A stretch of DNA of 64,000 nucleotides from an uncultured virus (IMG/VR IMGVR_UViG_3300037455_000857) (taxonomy: Duplodnaviria > Heunggongvirae > Uroviricota > Caudoviricetes): IMG/VR virus record IMGVR_UViG_3300037455_000857, one strand, 5' to 3'. The position numbers were made by a program, and so were the translations under genes. The notes under the pieces were generated by a model that saw only the letters and a program-made list of their open reading frames with translations, was not told the DNA's origin and did no database searches. Shown piece by piece: positions 21,025-29,992 of the stretch; within the stretch, counting starts at the first letter, position 1; every line of letters begins with the position of its first letter.

Positions 21025-21191
21025 CACAGAAAGCGGCTGCATACCGTTATTAAGTTGGCGTTTTGTGTTCATATACGGCAAACGTGCAGGTTTGTTTTGT
21101 GTGAGCGTACTCGAAAAAATCCGTTTAGTTTAATTGGGAAAACCCCCGCGTGGGCGGGTATTGTGCGGTTCGAATCCCTCAATGGAACAAT

Positions 21192-21262
21192 GTCTGCGTG
21201 TCCGAGTGGTTAGGAGGCGGTCTGCAAAACCGTCAACGGTGGTTCAAGTCCTCCCGCAGACT
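21192..21262 (+). tRNA. tRNA-Cys(GCA)
   Basis: GCGGT-CTGCAAA-ACCGT; U73. Confidence 0.88.
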
Positions 21263-21272
21263 CATACAACAA

Positions 21273-21347
21273 GGGGTTGTAACTCAATGGCTTTAGAGTA
21301 CTACACTTTTAATGTAGGAGTTGTGGGTTCGAGTCCCACCAGCCCCA
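21273..21347 (+). tRNA. tRNA-Lys(TTT)
   Basis: CTACA-CTTTTAA-TGTAG. Confidence 0.92.
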
Positions 21348-21369
21348 CAAAAACCAAAAAATAACCGTT

Positions 21370-21525
21370 ATGTGGATAGTGATATTGTTTCTGTTTTTAG
21401 TTTTTGCGATAATAATCCTTGCTGTCGGTATAATCTGCGCTATGTTGGGTGAAGCCAACAAGCCGTTGGACGACTACAAAAGGGATGATTGTATAGGGGA
21501 ATTTGACGATTTGAACGGGATATAG
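21370..21525 (+). CDS. Small single-pass membrane protein (51 aa, not in ORF track)
   Basis: MWIVILFLFLVFAIIILAVGIICAMLG followed by an acidic tail. Confidence 0.6.
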   Translation: MWIVILFLFLVFAIIILAVGIICAMLGEANKPLDDYKRDDCIGEFDDLNGI

Positions 21526-21701
21526 GACAAACAGCCAAGCGAGTTTGTGAGCCGAACATAACCACGACAAAATGGTGTCGGTACGGGAAAACGGCTGGAA
21601 TATTGTACTCATCGGGTTGGTACGCTTTAGTCCGCTGAAGATAAGTGGCGGGTCTCGGTGCATCCAAGTGACTAACAGAATTCTTGGATTGGCTGTTTAT
21701 T

Positions 21702-21773
21702 GGGTTGGTAGCAAAATGGTACTGCACTTGACTCTTAATCAAGGGACTGTGGGTTCGAATCCCACCCAACCCA
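21702..21773 (+). tRNA. tRNA-Lys(CTT)
   Basis: CTTGA-CTCTTAA-TCAAG. Confidence 0.9.
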
Positions 21774-21994
21774 CAAAAAACAAGCATCGTTGTTCGGGCA
21801 GAAACGTAAAACGCATCCCGCAAGCAGTCGCTCCGTGGCTTGTAAAAAATGGAATCGGATAAGCGGGAGGTGATATCACCCGTTACAAACTATACTTTTT
21901 GAGCCGACAGAGCAGGCGGGGAAAGTTTTTGAAAGGTTAAGATAAAACTGCCCGAAATAGCAAAATAGCACGGTTGCTTGTCTGTGCCAAAAAC

Positions 21995-22068
21995 TGGCGT
22001 GTAGTTCAATGGATTAGAATAATTGACTTCTAATCAATAGGTTGCGGGTTCGAGTCCCGCCTCGCCAA
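21995..22068 (+). tRNA. tRNA-Arg(TCT)
   Basis: ATTGA-CTTCTAA-TCAAT. Confidence 0.9.
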
Positions 22069-22489
22069 CAAGGTGTAAATCCATCCCTTTACCCGCACCC
22101 GAAGACGCATATCTTCCACAGTATAAAGAAGGGGCAGGGGTCGTTCCGTTGGAGAGCAGCGGATATAGGTTAAAACGGTGAAATGTCAATTCCGCAAGGT
22201 GCGCGGTACACACAGTAGTCGGACAGTGACAAAGAGTATGGTCGGGTATAAAATCGCCGTTGCAGGGATTGCGCAGTCTCTGCAATGTGAAATGGTAACG
22301 GGCGCGGGTGCATCCGCGAACCGCGAGAGGCGCGAATCCGAGACACATCTACTGTCACCTTGCCATAAAGACGTAGGGGGAGGCAACCCCAATTTTCTAT
22401 CATCTATCTTCTACCACATCCGCCTCCCCCGAACTTTAAAAACAAAGGGTTGAAATTTTTATTATATAAATAAAAAGACATTGACAAAT

Positions 22490-22561
22490 GCCAGCGTAGC
22501 ACAATGGCAGTGCAACTGATTTGTAATCAGTAGGTTGTGGGTTCGACTCCCTCCGCTGGCT
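22490..22561 (+). tRNA. tRNA-Thr(TGT)
   Basis: ACTGA-TTTGTAA-TCAGT. Confidence 0.9.
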
Positions 22562-22579
22562 CAAATTAAATCCTCATCT

Positions 22580-22855
22580 ATGACAGAACACGAGATTGAG
22601 TGCAGGAGAGCGATGTACGCTCACGAGCATAATATCCCCGAAATTGAACTCGTTCCAATCCCAAAAAAGGATTTGGTTGTCGGCAAGACATACGGCGGTG
22701 AGTGCAGGAATGCGGACACAGCCGTTTGGAACGGAAAGGTATTCACCTATAAAAGATACAAGTTCGGAGATGTGTTTGATGAAGATATAAACCATTTCGA
22801 GGACGATGACGGATATGATGTTTTCGTTCCGTTTGAGGTAATCGAAAGGGATTGA
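22580..22855 (+). CDS. Hypothetical protein
   Basis: 91 aa from the ATG at 22580 (MTEHEIEC...), fills the gap between tRNAs. Confidence 0.7.
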   Translation: MTEHEIECRRAMYAHEHNIPEIELVPIPKKDLVVGKTYGGECRNADTAVWNGKVFTYKRYKFGDVFDEDINHFEDDDGYDVFVPFEVIERD

Positions 22856-22857
22856 AT

Positions 22858-22930
22858 GCGGGCATAGCACAATTGGTAGTGTGCGACCTTGCCAAGGTCG
22901 AGGTTGCGGGTTCGAGTCCCGTTGCCCGCT
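22858..22930 (+). tRNA. tRNA-Gly(GCC)
   Basis: CGACC-TTGCCAA-GGTCG. Confidence 0.93.
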
Positions 22931-23009
22931 CAACAAGGCATAAAACGTGCGTCCATTGTCTGACTATGGAAAGGTTTATCCTCCGAGCAATTGGCAACCA
23001 CGTTCAATT

Positions 23010-23082
23010 CGGGTAGTGGCGCAGTTGGTAGCGCACTGCATTTGGGATGCAGGGGTCGAAGGTTCGAGTCCTTTCTACCCGA
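23010..23082 (+). tRNA. tRNA-Pro(TGG)
   Basis: CTGCA-TTTGGGA-TGCAG. Confidence 0.93.
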
Positions 23083-23115
23083 CAAAATTAAGTATAACCA
23101 AAAAATCAAAACCTT

Positions 23116-23976
23116 ATGAAAATAGGATTGTTCATCCAATCGTCAAACCAAGAGTTGTTTGTCAAGAACACCGAGGTTTTGATGAATCATTACAGAAAAG
23201 TTATCGAGCATTTCGGTCTTGATGTCGATGTCCGTTATTACACGAGCCACGATAATCCGCAGGAGAATATGATGCTTTTGAAAAAGGATTCAATCAGAGT
23301 TCCCTGCGATGACGGCAATGTGACGGAAAAGGCTTACATCCTGCTTTGGGCGTTGGTGAACAAACTTCCGAAATATGACATCATAATAAAAACGAATAAC
23401 TGCACGGTGCTGAACCTCAAACAGATTTGTGAATTCTGCGAATCGGATGTTTACGACAGAGACAAGGTTTACTGCTCTATGATAAACAAAGCACCGAATA
23501 TGACGGTTAACAACTACAACCATTGGATTGCCACAAAGCCGTTTGTTAATTACCCAAACGGAAATTTCGTTATGTTTTCATACGACAAACTCAAACTTCT
23601 TTATGCTCATTATAAAGACGTGTCGAACTATATGTCGAGTTGTTATCCGAAAAGGGAGAAAGAGGACTTTGACGGCAAGTTGTGGTACGGCATAGCGGAG
23701 GATATTGTGTTTGGTCGGATATTCAATTATTTCGGCATACACATAGAGGTTATCGGGGAGTTCATCAGAATGTACGATACGGGTCATTTCAAATCTAATA
23801 TGGATTATATGACAACACCGTTGGATGTATTCGGTGTGTATTGCAAAATGGGTTCTGACTATGATATTCGGAAACAGTATGAAACCCCTTTCATAGACCT
23901 TGTTACGAAATGTTATGAGGGTTTGTTCAACTACGACAGACGTGAACTCGTGGTTACAAAAACCACGGAAAAATGA
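23116..23976 (+). CDS. Putative glycosyltransferase (GT-A fold, GT31-like)
   Basis: YDIIIKTN, GNFVMFS and EDIVFG motifs; family assigned by eye. Confidence 0.55.
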   Translation: MKIGLFIQSSNQELFVKNTEVLMNHYRKVIEHFGLDVDVRYYTSHDNPQENMMLLKKDSIRVPCDDGNVTEKAYILLWALVNKLPKYDIIIKTNNCTVLNLKQICEFCESDVYDRDKVYCSMINKAPNMTVNNYNHWIATKPFVNYPNGNFVMFSYDKLKLLYAHYKDVSNYMSSCYPKREKEDFDGKLWYGIAEDIVFGRIFNYFGIHIEVIGEFIRMYDTGHFKSNMDYMTTPLDVFGVYCKMGSDYDIRKQYETPFIDLVTKCYEGLFNYDRRELVVTKTTEK

Positions 23977-24118
23977 AAATAAGAAAAAACGGGCGTGAGG
24001 CTGCTTAAACGGGATGGAATCTGGCTGCCCTTTGCGGCAGGAGCGGCGTGCTTGGGGTTTTATCAAAATTTTACCCTTTCATCGAAAGGTGAAGTTCGAA
24101 TCAGCGTGCGTCCACAAT

Positions 24119-24338
24119 ATCTGTGCGGGATTTTTTCTCGTATGAGAAAACTTCTGCAATTTTACTAAAATGGTTTTATTGAGTTCGATTCTCAAACTTT
24201 CCTGCACAGATTTTTTATTGAATTTCCTATTATCCTATATCCGTGCGGGCTGCTTCATTACGGGGAAGCATCTTTCTTGAACAAGAAAGACCTCTGCATA
24301 ACAACGGAATTAGTTCGACTCTAATAGCCCGTGCGGAT
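24119..24338 (+). ncRNA. Two tandem tRNA-like structured RNAs with long terminal stems
   Basis: 24119-24211 and 24239-24338: 12-13 bp closing stems, a shared CTGCA, and a TTCGA T-arm just before the 3' strand. Confidence 0.5.
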
Positions 24339-24373
24339 TTTTTTATTGACAATATATGTGTTATATATAATAT

Positions 24374-24447
24374 GGCGGAGATAGTTCAGTTGGTAGAACG
24401 GCAGATTGTGGTTCTGTTAGTCGTGGGTTCGAGTCCCACTCTTCGCC
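24374..24447 (+). tRNA. tRNA-His(GTG)
   Basis: GCAGA-TTGTGGT-TCTGT; G-1:C73. Confidence 0.9.
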
Positions 24448-24461
24448 CAAACCTATCATAG

Positions 24462-24535
24462 GTCGATGTAGCGGAGTTGGCTTCTTGCGCCTCTCTCATA
24501 AGGAGGAGACGGTGGTTCGAACCCACCCATCGGCA
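24462..24535 (+). tRNA. tRNA-Met(CAT), elongator-like
   Basis: CCTCT-CTCATAA-GGAGG. Confidence 0.85.
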
Positions 24536-24545
24536 CAGAATATTT

Positions 24546-24620
24546 GCGAGGTTAGTTCAGTTGGGTCAGAACACCTGCCCTACAAGCAGGGAGTCGGGGG
24601 TTCAAATCCCTCACCTCGCA
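24546..24620 (+). tRNA. tRNA-Val(TAC)
   Basis: CCTGC-CCTACAA-GCAGG (C33 instead of U33). Confidence 0.88.
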
Positions 24621-24941
24621 CAACTGTTATGTGAAGGGGAATTGGTATACCCTCGCTTGAAGCCGCTGTCGTGGGCGGTTATATAGTGGTCTTGGGAGTG
24701 AGACGTAAAGGTCGCCCGTTGGACACGATATTCCAACGGTACTGCGGGTTCGAGTCCCGTCATTTCAGCAATCGTCAGCCAAAGATGGCGGTTTCGGTTT
24801 TGCAGTGACACAGTAAGGAACTGCACGATGCGCGTAACGGTGACGCTATGCGTCCGTATCGTAAAATGCTCGGCAAGGGTGGCAAGAAGCCGAGCAGGGC
24901 TGCACGCACTTTGGAAAGCGTGTTGTAAGACCGTTTTACAC

Positions 24942-25032
24942 GGAGGAGTACCCAAGAGGCTGAAGGGGACGGTTTGCTAAACCGTTAGGTCGGCGAAGAG
25001 TCGGCGCGGGGGTTCGAATCCCTCCTCCTCCG
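24942..25032 (+). tRNA. tRNA-Ser(GCT)
   Basis: ACGGT-TTGCTAA-ACCGT; long variable arm. Confidence 0.92.
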
Positions 25033-25047
25033 CTAAATACAACTATT

Positions 25048-25353
25048 ATGGATAATATCGAAAATATAAATCATTGCTGTGGAGGAAATCTGCTTCAATT
25101 CACCATCATCGCTGATGGATGGAAACTAACTTCAAGAAGCGTTAAATCCGACACTTTTCTGAATAAGGAACAAGTCGAAAAGCAATGCAAAAGCATTGCC
25201 GAGTCTGTTGTGAAGAAATTTAGCGGAAGAAACTTCAAGTATGTTCTTGTTAGACTGACGTTGAGTTATTATGATTCACACTCCATTATGAAATGGGAAG
25301 ACTTCGTTGGCAATGCTGACAAATGTGTTTCCGATATTGTGAACAAACTATAA
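25048..25353 (+). CDS. Hypothetical protein
   Basis: 101 aa ATG ORF. Confidence 0.65.
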   Translation: MDNIENINHCCGGNLLQFTIIADGWKLTSRSVKSDTFLNKEQVEKQCKSIAESVVKKFSGRNFKYVLVRLTLSYYDSHSIMKWEDFVGNADKCVSDIVNKL

Positions 25354-25698
25354 CGCATTTCGTATTTTCGGTTGCGATAACTTCGCGTGATTAGCCGCCG
25401 CATAAATCGCCGTGAAACTCGGAGGTGGGCTGCACCAAACGCTATTGATTTAGCAGTTCGGATATCGTGTCGGGTAACAACGCCACGGAATCAGCAGTAC
25501 ATAGTTTAAAAGACGGACAAAACCGTGAATGATAAAACATCGGCGGGTGTGATTTGTGTTTCCTGCGGGTTAGCCCGTGACAAAACGGGATTTTGGTGTT
25601 GTATTCTATGCACTTGGTGTCCCTGGAAAATGGCGAGGGGGCGGTTCGATTCCGTAAGTTCCGCAGCATCAATCTTGCAAGAATCCCGTTTTTTACAT

Positions 25699-25769
25699 AG
25701 GAGTGTAGTTCAATGGTAGAATGTCGGTCTCCAAAACCGAGGATGGAGGTTCGAATCCTTCCGCTCCTG
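25699..25769 (+). tRNA. tRNA-Trp(CCA)
   Basis: TCGGT-CTCCAAA-ACCGA. Confidence 0.92.
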
Positions 25770-25805
25770 CAACAGAAATTTCAATTTTTTATTATATGTG
25801 TATAT

Positions 25806-25895
25806 GGAGGGGTGGCAGAGTTGGTTTATTGCGGCGGTCTTGAAAACCGTTGGGGCTAACAACCCCCGTGGGTTCGAATCCCACCCCCTCCGCCA
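25806..25895 (+). tRNA. tRNA-Ser(TGA)
   Basis: GCGGT-CTTGAAA-ACCGT; encoded CCA. Confidence 0.92.
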
Positions 25896-25912
25896 ACTTA
25901 AACTTACGAATT

Positions 25913-26185
25913 ATGACGCAGGATGAAATAAAAGAATTTATACAAGAGTTCGGGTACGAATCCGTGACCTTGTTCGAGAACCCTTCATACGACACGGCTT
26001 GCATAGGCATATCCGAGGATGAAAGGGCTGTTTACGACTACGACCTAATGGTCAAGCATCTCGTTGACAAAGACGGTATGACAGAGGAGGAAGCGGAAGA
26101 GTTCATCGAGTACAACACCATACGGGCAATCCCGTATTTCCCGAATCCGCCGATTGTGGTGAGACCTTTCCCAAAAATGGAGTAG
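25913..26185 (+). CDS. Hypothetical phage protein
   Basis: From the ATG at 25913 (MTQDEIKEF...YDTACIG...EEAEEFIEYN). Confidence 0.75.
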   Translation: MTQDEIKEFIQEFGYESVTLFENPSYDTACIGISEDERAVYDYDLMVKHLVDKDGMTEEEAEEFIEYNTIRAIPYFPNPPIVVRPFPKME

Positions 26186-26186
26186 T

Positions 26187-26495
26187 ATGATACAGATGGA
26201 TTTCAACAAATGCTATGTCTTGAAAAAAGACAACCCTTATTTCTGCATACAGTTGCAGAAGCGTGTTTCGTTTCCAGACGGGATTGTGGTTAGGACAAGG
26301 CATAGGACGGCATTCCCGATTTCGGGGAATAACAATGACGGCGTTCTTTGGTTTGGCACGATTGTTGATACATCGGGTGGTTGTGATTACGACACGGACA
26401 ATGAAATCGAGTTCTGTGCGGAAGACGTTGAGCGTGAATATGAATTTAGGGAAAATTCTCAACTTATGTGGTTTCATCTTCCATCGGGCTGTTGA
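26187..26495 (+). CDS. Hypothetical protein
   Basis: 102 aa, coupled to the upstream ORF. Confidence 0.65.
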   Translation: MIQMDFNKCYVLKKDNPYFCIQLQKRVSFPDGIVVRTRHRTAFPISGNNNDGVLWFGTIVDTSGGCDYDTDNEIEFCAEDVEREYEFRENSQLMWFHLPSGC

Positions 26496-26557
26496 TAACT
26501 TTGTTGATAACTTTTTTGCGGAAATGTGAGTTGTGTATAAAATTTTTTGTATTTTTG
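26490..26557 (+). promoter_or_regulatory. Paired TGTTGATAA boxes + Bacteroidota-type -7 element TATTTTTG
   Basis: Boxes at 26490 and 26502, TAnnTTTG at 26550. Same layout at 27961-28027 and 37762-37828. Confidence 0.65.
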
Positions 26558-26576
26558 CTGCGTTAAAATAAATGAT

Positions 26577-27011
26577 ATGAAAGACAGAAGATACGTCATA
26601 TTGAGAAAAGACACGGTTAGCGGTGAAATCTGCGGCTATTGCGAACACTCGTTCTCTATGGATTTCCATACAGACCGTGTTAAGGTTTACGGATGTGTTA
26701 CGAAATTGGGGGAGTATCGGTCTGAAGAAAACTACAGATACTATCTTGACAACCAAAAGAATTACAAGGGTATCCGTAACGCGAAGTCGCCGAACCAAAA
26801 ACTTTGGTATGAACTGCGAATGACTGTCAACCAAATGAACAACAGCAAAAAAGCGAAACAGTACGAATACAAGTTGTTCAGACTTGGAAAGAACTGCCCC
26901 GTTGAGGTTGACTTCACGGAGTACAATATGATGAAATCTCACAAAATGAAATACGACAAATACCTTTGGAGGAATCAGCCAATCAAGGCTGTTTACCCAG
27001 AGAAATGGTAG
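26577..27011 (+). CDS. Hypothetical protein
   Basis: From the ATG at 26577 (MKDRRYV...), downstream of the promoter. Confidence 0.7.
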   Translation: MKDRRYVILRKDTVSGEICGYCEHSFSMDFHTDRVKVYGCVTKLGEYRSEENYRYYLDNQKNYKGIRNAKSPNQKLWYELRMTVNQMNNSKKAKQYEYKLFRLGKNCPVEVDFTEYNMMKSHKMKYDKYLWRNQPIKAVYPEKW

Positions 27012-27024
27012 TTCTTTGAAATAA

Positions 27025-27264
27025 CGGGCGTGTGGTTAGAACCTTTTGGCTTGTGTACACGAGCCGAATGCGGCACTTGGTGCAGCGGGGCTTTCCCGAA
27101 AGTCATTATTCGGGATAACGCAAGATGCATTTGAAGATTCCAAATAGAATGTATTGAACGTTATGACGACAAGAGGAGACTGCGTGCAATAAATGGAAAT
27201 AAAGACGCAGTAAGACGTAAGTTTAATCCCGTTTTTAGGGAGTGTTCAAATCCTCCCCGCCCGA
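27025..27264 (+). ncRNA. tRNA-like ends enclosing a ~170 nt structured insert
   Basis: CGGGCG/CGCCCG ends, GTTCAAATC T-loop, boxA-like GTTCTTTGAA at 27011. Confidence 0.45.
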
Positions 27265-27272
27265 CTAATTAT

Positions 27273-27347
27273 CGGTAGGTATATCAGTTTGGTCAGATAG
27301 CGTGTCTGATAAACACGAGGTCGCAGGTTCAAATCCTGCCCTACCGA
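27273..27347 (+). tRNA. tRNA-Ile(GAT)
   Basis: CGTGT-CTGATAA-ACACG. Confidence 0.9.
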
Positions 27348-27363
27348 CACAAACACGAATTCT

Positions 27364-27765
27364 ATGTATTATTCAAGCAAAGACAAGAACGATGTAATCG
27401 CCAATTCCGATAGATTCGGAAACCCGTCTGTGTACATTGAGATTGTGACTTCTCGCGAAAGTATGGTCGATGAGGTCGCGGACAACGAGGCTGTCTATGG
27501 TGTCACCAACCCGACAATGACGGGCATCACCGAAATTATACGGGATTTGGCAAAGCCAATCCTCAAATCGGGGGATGACATCAATGTCGGAATCGGTAAG
27601 ATAAAGAACGGCAAAACCCACGTTATCGTGCGCGGTTCAGCCAATTCCGAAACAATAGGCAAACTCGCCGAAAACAACATTGACGGCATAACGGCGTTGG
27701 TCGCCGCTATGATAAACCAACTTATCGGATGCGCACTCGAAGCGCAGTATTCCGATGAACAATAG
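27364..27765 (+). CDS. Hypothetical protein
   Basis: 133 aa ATG ORF followed by a terminator. Confidence 0.7.
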   Translation: MYYSSKDKNDVIANSDRFGNPSVYIEIVTSRESMVDEVADNEAVYGVTNPTMTGITEIIRDLAKPILKSGDDINVGIGKIKNGKTHVIVRGSANSETIGKLAENNIDGITALVAAMINQLIGCALEAQYSDEQ

Positions 27766-27773
27766 GACTGAAG

Positions 27774-27798
27774 AAACCCGCAGTAATGCGGGTTTTTT
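27774..27798 (+). terminator. Rho-independent terminator ending the tRNA region
   Basis: aaacccgca-gtaa-tgcgggtttttt. Confidence 0.75.
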
Positions 27799-27831
27799 GT
27801 TCGCCTATAAATACACAAACACATAAAAAGA

Positions 27832-27969
27832 ATGGACGTATGGGAACAGACTGAAAACGAAGAGCAGACATTCAACAACTACAACGCGGACTGTGACGGC
27901 TGCTGTTGGGATTGCGAAGACCGAACTTGGTGCTGCCACTCCATAACGGGAGAGTGCGAGTGTTCATAA
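27832..27969 (+). CDS. 45 aa Cys-rich acidic peptide (not in ORF track)
   Basis: MDVWEQTENEEQTFNNYNADCDGCCWDCEDRTWCCHSITGECECS; TATAAATA at 27806. Confidence 0.6.
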   Translation: MDVWEQTENEEQTFNNYNADCDGCCWDCEDRTWCCHSITGECECS

Positions 27970-28048
27970 CTCTGTTGATAACTTTACAAAAAACTTGTTC
28001 GCCGTGTTTTTAATTGTTTTATTTTTGCGGCAAATTAAATCACAATCT

Positions 28049-28285
28049 ATGGCAAAGACAATCAAGTACAGATGGCGCGAGGCTTTCAGAGACGTATGGC
28101 ACGAAACTCGCTGCGAGGTTTTGTCAAAAACGGACAAGACCGCAAAAATACGGTTATTGGAATTCGGCAAGAACGGTGCGAGACCGAACACCGTTATGAG
28201 GGTGCATCTCAAATCCCTAATCGGCTTGGAGGTGGAAAAACCCGAAGCCGACACTTCTTGGCAGACATACACTTATTTTGATTGA
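28049..28285 (+). CDS. Hypothetical protein
   Basis: From the ATG at 28049 (MAKTIKY...), behind a TAnnTTTG promoter. Confidence 0.7.
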   Translation: MAKTIKYRWREAFRDVWHETRCEVLSKTDKTAKIRLLEFGKNGARPNTVMRVHLKSLIGLEVEKPEADTSWQTYTYFD

Positions 28286-28286
28286 T

Positions 28287-28745
28287 ATGGTAACAACAGC
28301 GGCAATGGTCTTGATAGACCGAAACGGAAACATCCTCGGTTGCCACGCCACGGGCAGACCGAGTGATTCGGGATATGACTTCCCGAAAGGATGCGTGGAC
28401 GAAGGCGAAACCGACTTTGAGGCGGCTTGCCGAGAACTGAAAGAGGAAACGGGCTTGACGCTCGAAACGCTCGCGCAGGGGCATTATCTTGTGCAGTACG
28501 ATGTGATTGACTGCGGCGTGCATAAACACAATCGTGAAAAGAATATTCATATATTCGTATTCCCCGTCAACGGATTCCCAATGCACAAACTCAAATGCAC
28601 ATCGTTCTTTGAACTGCACGGAAAACAAATCGCGGAGGTTGATTCCTACGCCGTCATAGGCAAGGATGACAGAAAGATGTTCAACCGAGTTCTTTGGGAT
28701 AAGTTCGCCCTTATTGACGAAGCGGTCAAAGACGTGGCGTATTAG
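28287..28745 (+). CDS. NUDIX hydrolase
   Basis: Nudix box GCVDEGETDFEAACRELKEETG. Confidence 0.9.
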   Translation: MVTTAAMVLIDRNGNILGCHATGRPSDSGYDFPKGCVDEGETDFEAACRELKEETGLTLETLAQGHYLVQYDVIDCGVHKHNREKNIHIFVFPVNGFPMHKLKCTSFFELHGKQIAEVDSYAVIGKDDRKMFNRVLWDKFALIDEAVKDVAY

Positions 28746-28764
28746 CCTTTTCATTAACAGACAG

Positions 28765-28801
28765 AAGCGTTGCATTGCAACGCTTTTTTTGTTTATAAAT
28801 A
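28765..28801 (+). promoter_or_regulatory. Terminator followed by late promoter TATAAATA
   Basis: aagcgttgc-att-gcaacgctt plus a T run, then TATAAATA at 28794. Confidence 0.65.
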
Positions 28802-28817
28802 TAAGAAAATACTTTCT

Positions 28818-29240
28818 ATGACACATATAATGAGAATTAACGAGGAAGAGTTTGTTGAGAAACTCAACATAACCCCTATGTCGAAAGATAGGCTTGGGAG
28901 CGGAAACGTTCCTTCCCAATATCATATAATGCTTTGGTGTTACGCTATTGAGTTTAGCAAGAACCCGATATTCAAAGATGTTGATAAAGAATCAATTGAA
29001 ATGCTTGAAGGGGACGGATATGTTTGCACGCTGACTGAATATATCGACACTCTTAAGCAATTTTCCAAAAAGACTGGACTTCCAATCAGCATAGAAACCC
29101 CAGACGAAGGCGTGTCGTGCGTGGTTAATGTTGGTAATTGCTGCATCGGTACGTTCATTATCACAAGCATAAAGGACAATCCGAAAATTCTCCGTATGGC
29201 TGTCGGGGATGAAGATAAAGACTTCATACAAATAAAATAA
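28818..29240 (+). CDS. Tagged protein (putative internal head protein)
   Basis: Starts MTHIMRINEEEFVE-KLNITPMSKDRL. Confidence 0.75.
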   Translation: MTHIMRINEEEFVEKLNITPMSKDRLGSGNVPSQYHIMLWCYAIEFSKNPIFKDVDKESIEMLEGDGYVCTLTEYIDTLKQFSKKTGLPISIETPDEGVSCVVNVGNCCIGTFIITSIKDNPKILRMAVGDEDKDFIQIK

Positions 29241-29255
29241 AACATTGACTGTACT

Positions 29256-29987
29256 ATGGCAAAGATAATGACAATAAGTGAATTTGAACACAATGCCGTG
29301 TACGAGGGATTGTTCAACAAGATTCTCGGAAACGGAAAGGACAACAAGGGAATCCTTGAATTTGTCAAGACGTTGGTCTCCAATGTTGTGGAAAACAGCA
29401 AGGAACTCAAAAAGAAATACAAACCCGATGAGATTGCGGAGCATATTATTTACGATAAAGAAAGTAAGTCTGTGTGCTACGATGAAAAATACGCCAAGGA
29501 AGTCGAATTGAAAGAGGCGACTTGTATGCCAGAGGCGAAGAAGATGTTGGACGGCATTTTGCTTGATGGCGTACCGACTGACAATTTGTCAGACAAAGAG
29601 ATTGAAAAACTCAAAAAACGTGTCATAGACGAAACAAGGCTCGGCGCGTTGTATGTTGTATTGAATTCCGAAAAGGACGATAAGTGCAAGGAAATATTCA
29701 AGGGTTGGAAACGCGAGTTGGAATACCTCGGTCATCTTGGCGTTTGGGGATATGACAGATATGTGAAGGGCTTTGTTGACAAAACGGATGACAAAGACAC
29801 CCAATATTATAGGATACACTTGTCTGATTACAAAAATAGAAACGTTGTTCCCTATTTGAGATTCAAATTCGGTTTAACAATATTTGATGATGATATGTTT
29901 TACCCGATGCACTCCAAAGACAGCGCAAAGGAATGTGCCAAAAAATTAGGAAGCGAGGCTAAAATCGACCACACAAAAGAAAGATAG
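29256..29987 (+). CDS. Hypothetical protein with leader-like N-terminus but no KLNIQP tag
   Basis: MAKIMTISEFEHNAVYE-G; co-oriented with tagged genes. Confidence 0.75.
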   Translation: MAKIMTISEFEHNAVYEGLFNKILGNGKDNKGILEFVKTLVSNVVENSKELKKKYKPDEIAEHIIYDKESKSVCYDEKYAKEVELKEATCMPEAKKMLDGILLDGVPTDNLSDKEIEKLKKRVIDETRLGALYVVLNSEKDDKCKEIFKGWKRELEYLGHLGVWGYDRYVKGFVDKTDDKDTQYYRIHLSDYKNRNVVPYLRFKFGLTIFDDDMFYPMHSKDSAKECAKKLGSEAKIDHTKER

Positions 29988-29992
29988 CCGCT

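Noticed and set aside
21529..21698. RNase P RNA
   Set aside because: ACAGAA near the 3' end is suggestive, but the 5' GAGGAAAGTCC P4 strand is absent.
23991..24114. tRNA-like element with G3:U and GTTCGAATC
   Set aside because: The T stem and D arm do not pair convincingly.
13874..25720. Many 60-200 aa ORFs across the RNA region
   Set aside because: They overlap tRNAs or structured RNA and have atypical composition. Only ORFs that fill gaps between tRNAs were kept.
27025..27264. tmRNA
   Set aside because: No G3:U Ala acceptor, too short, and no tag frame ending in an Ala-rich peptide and stop.
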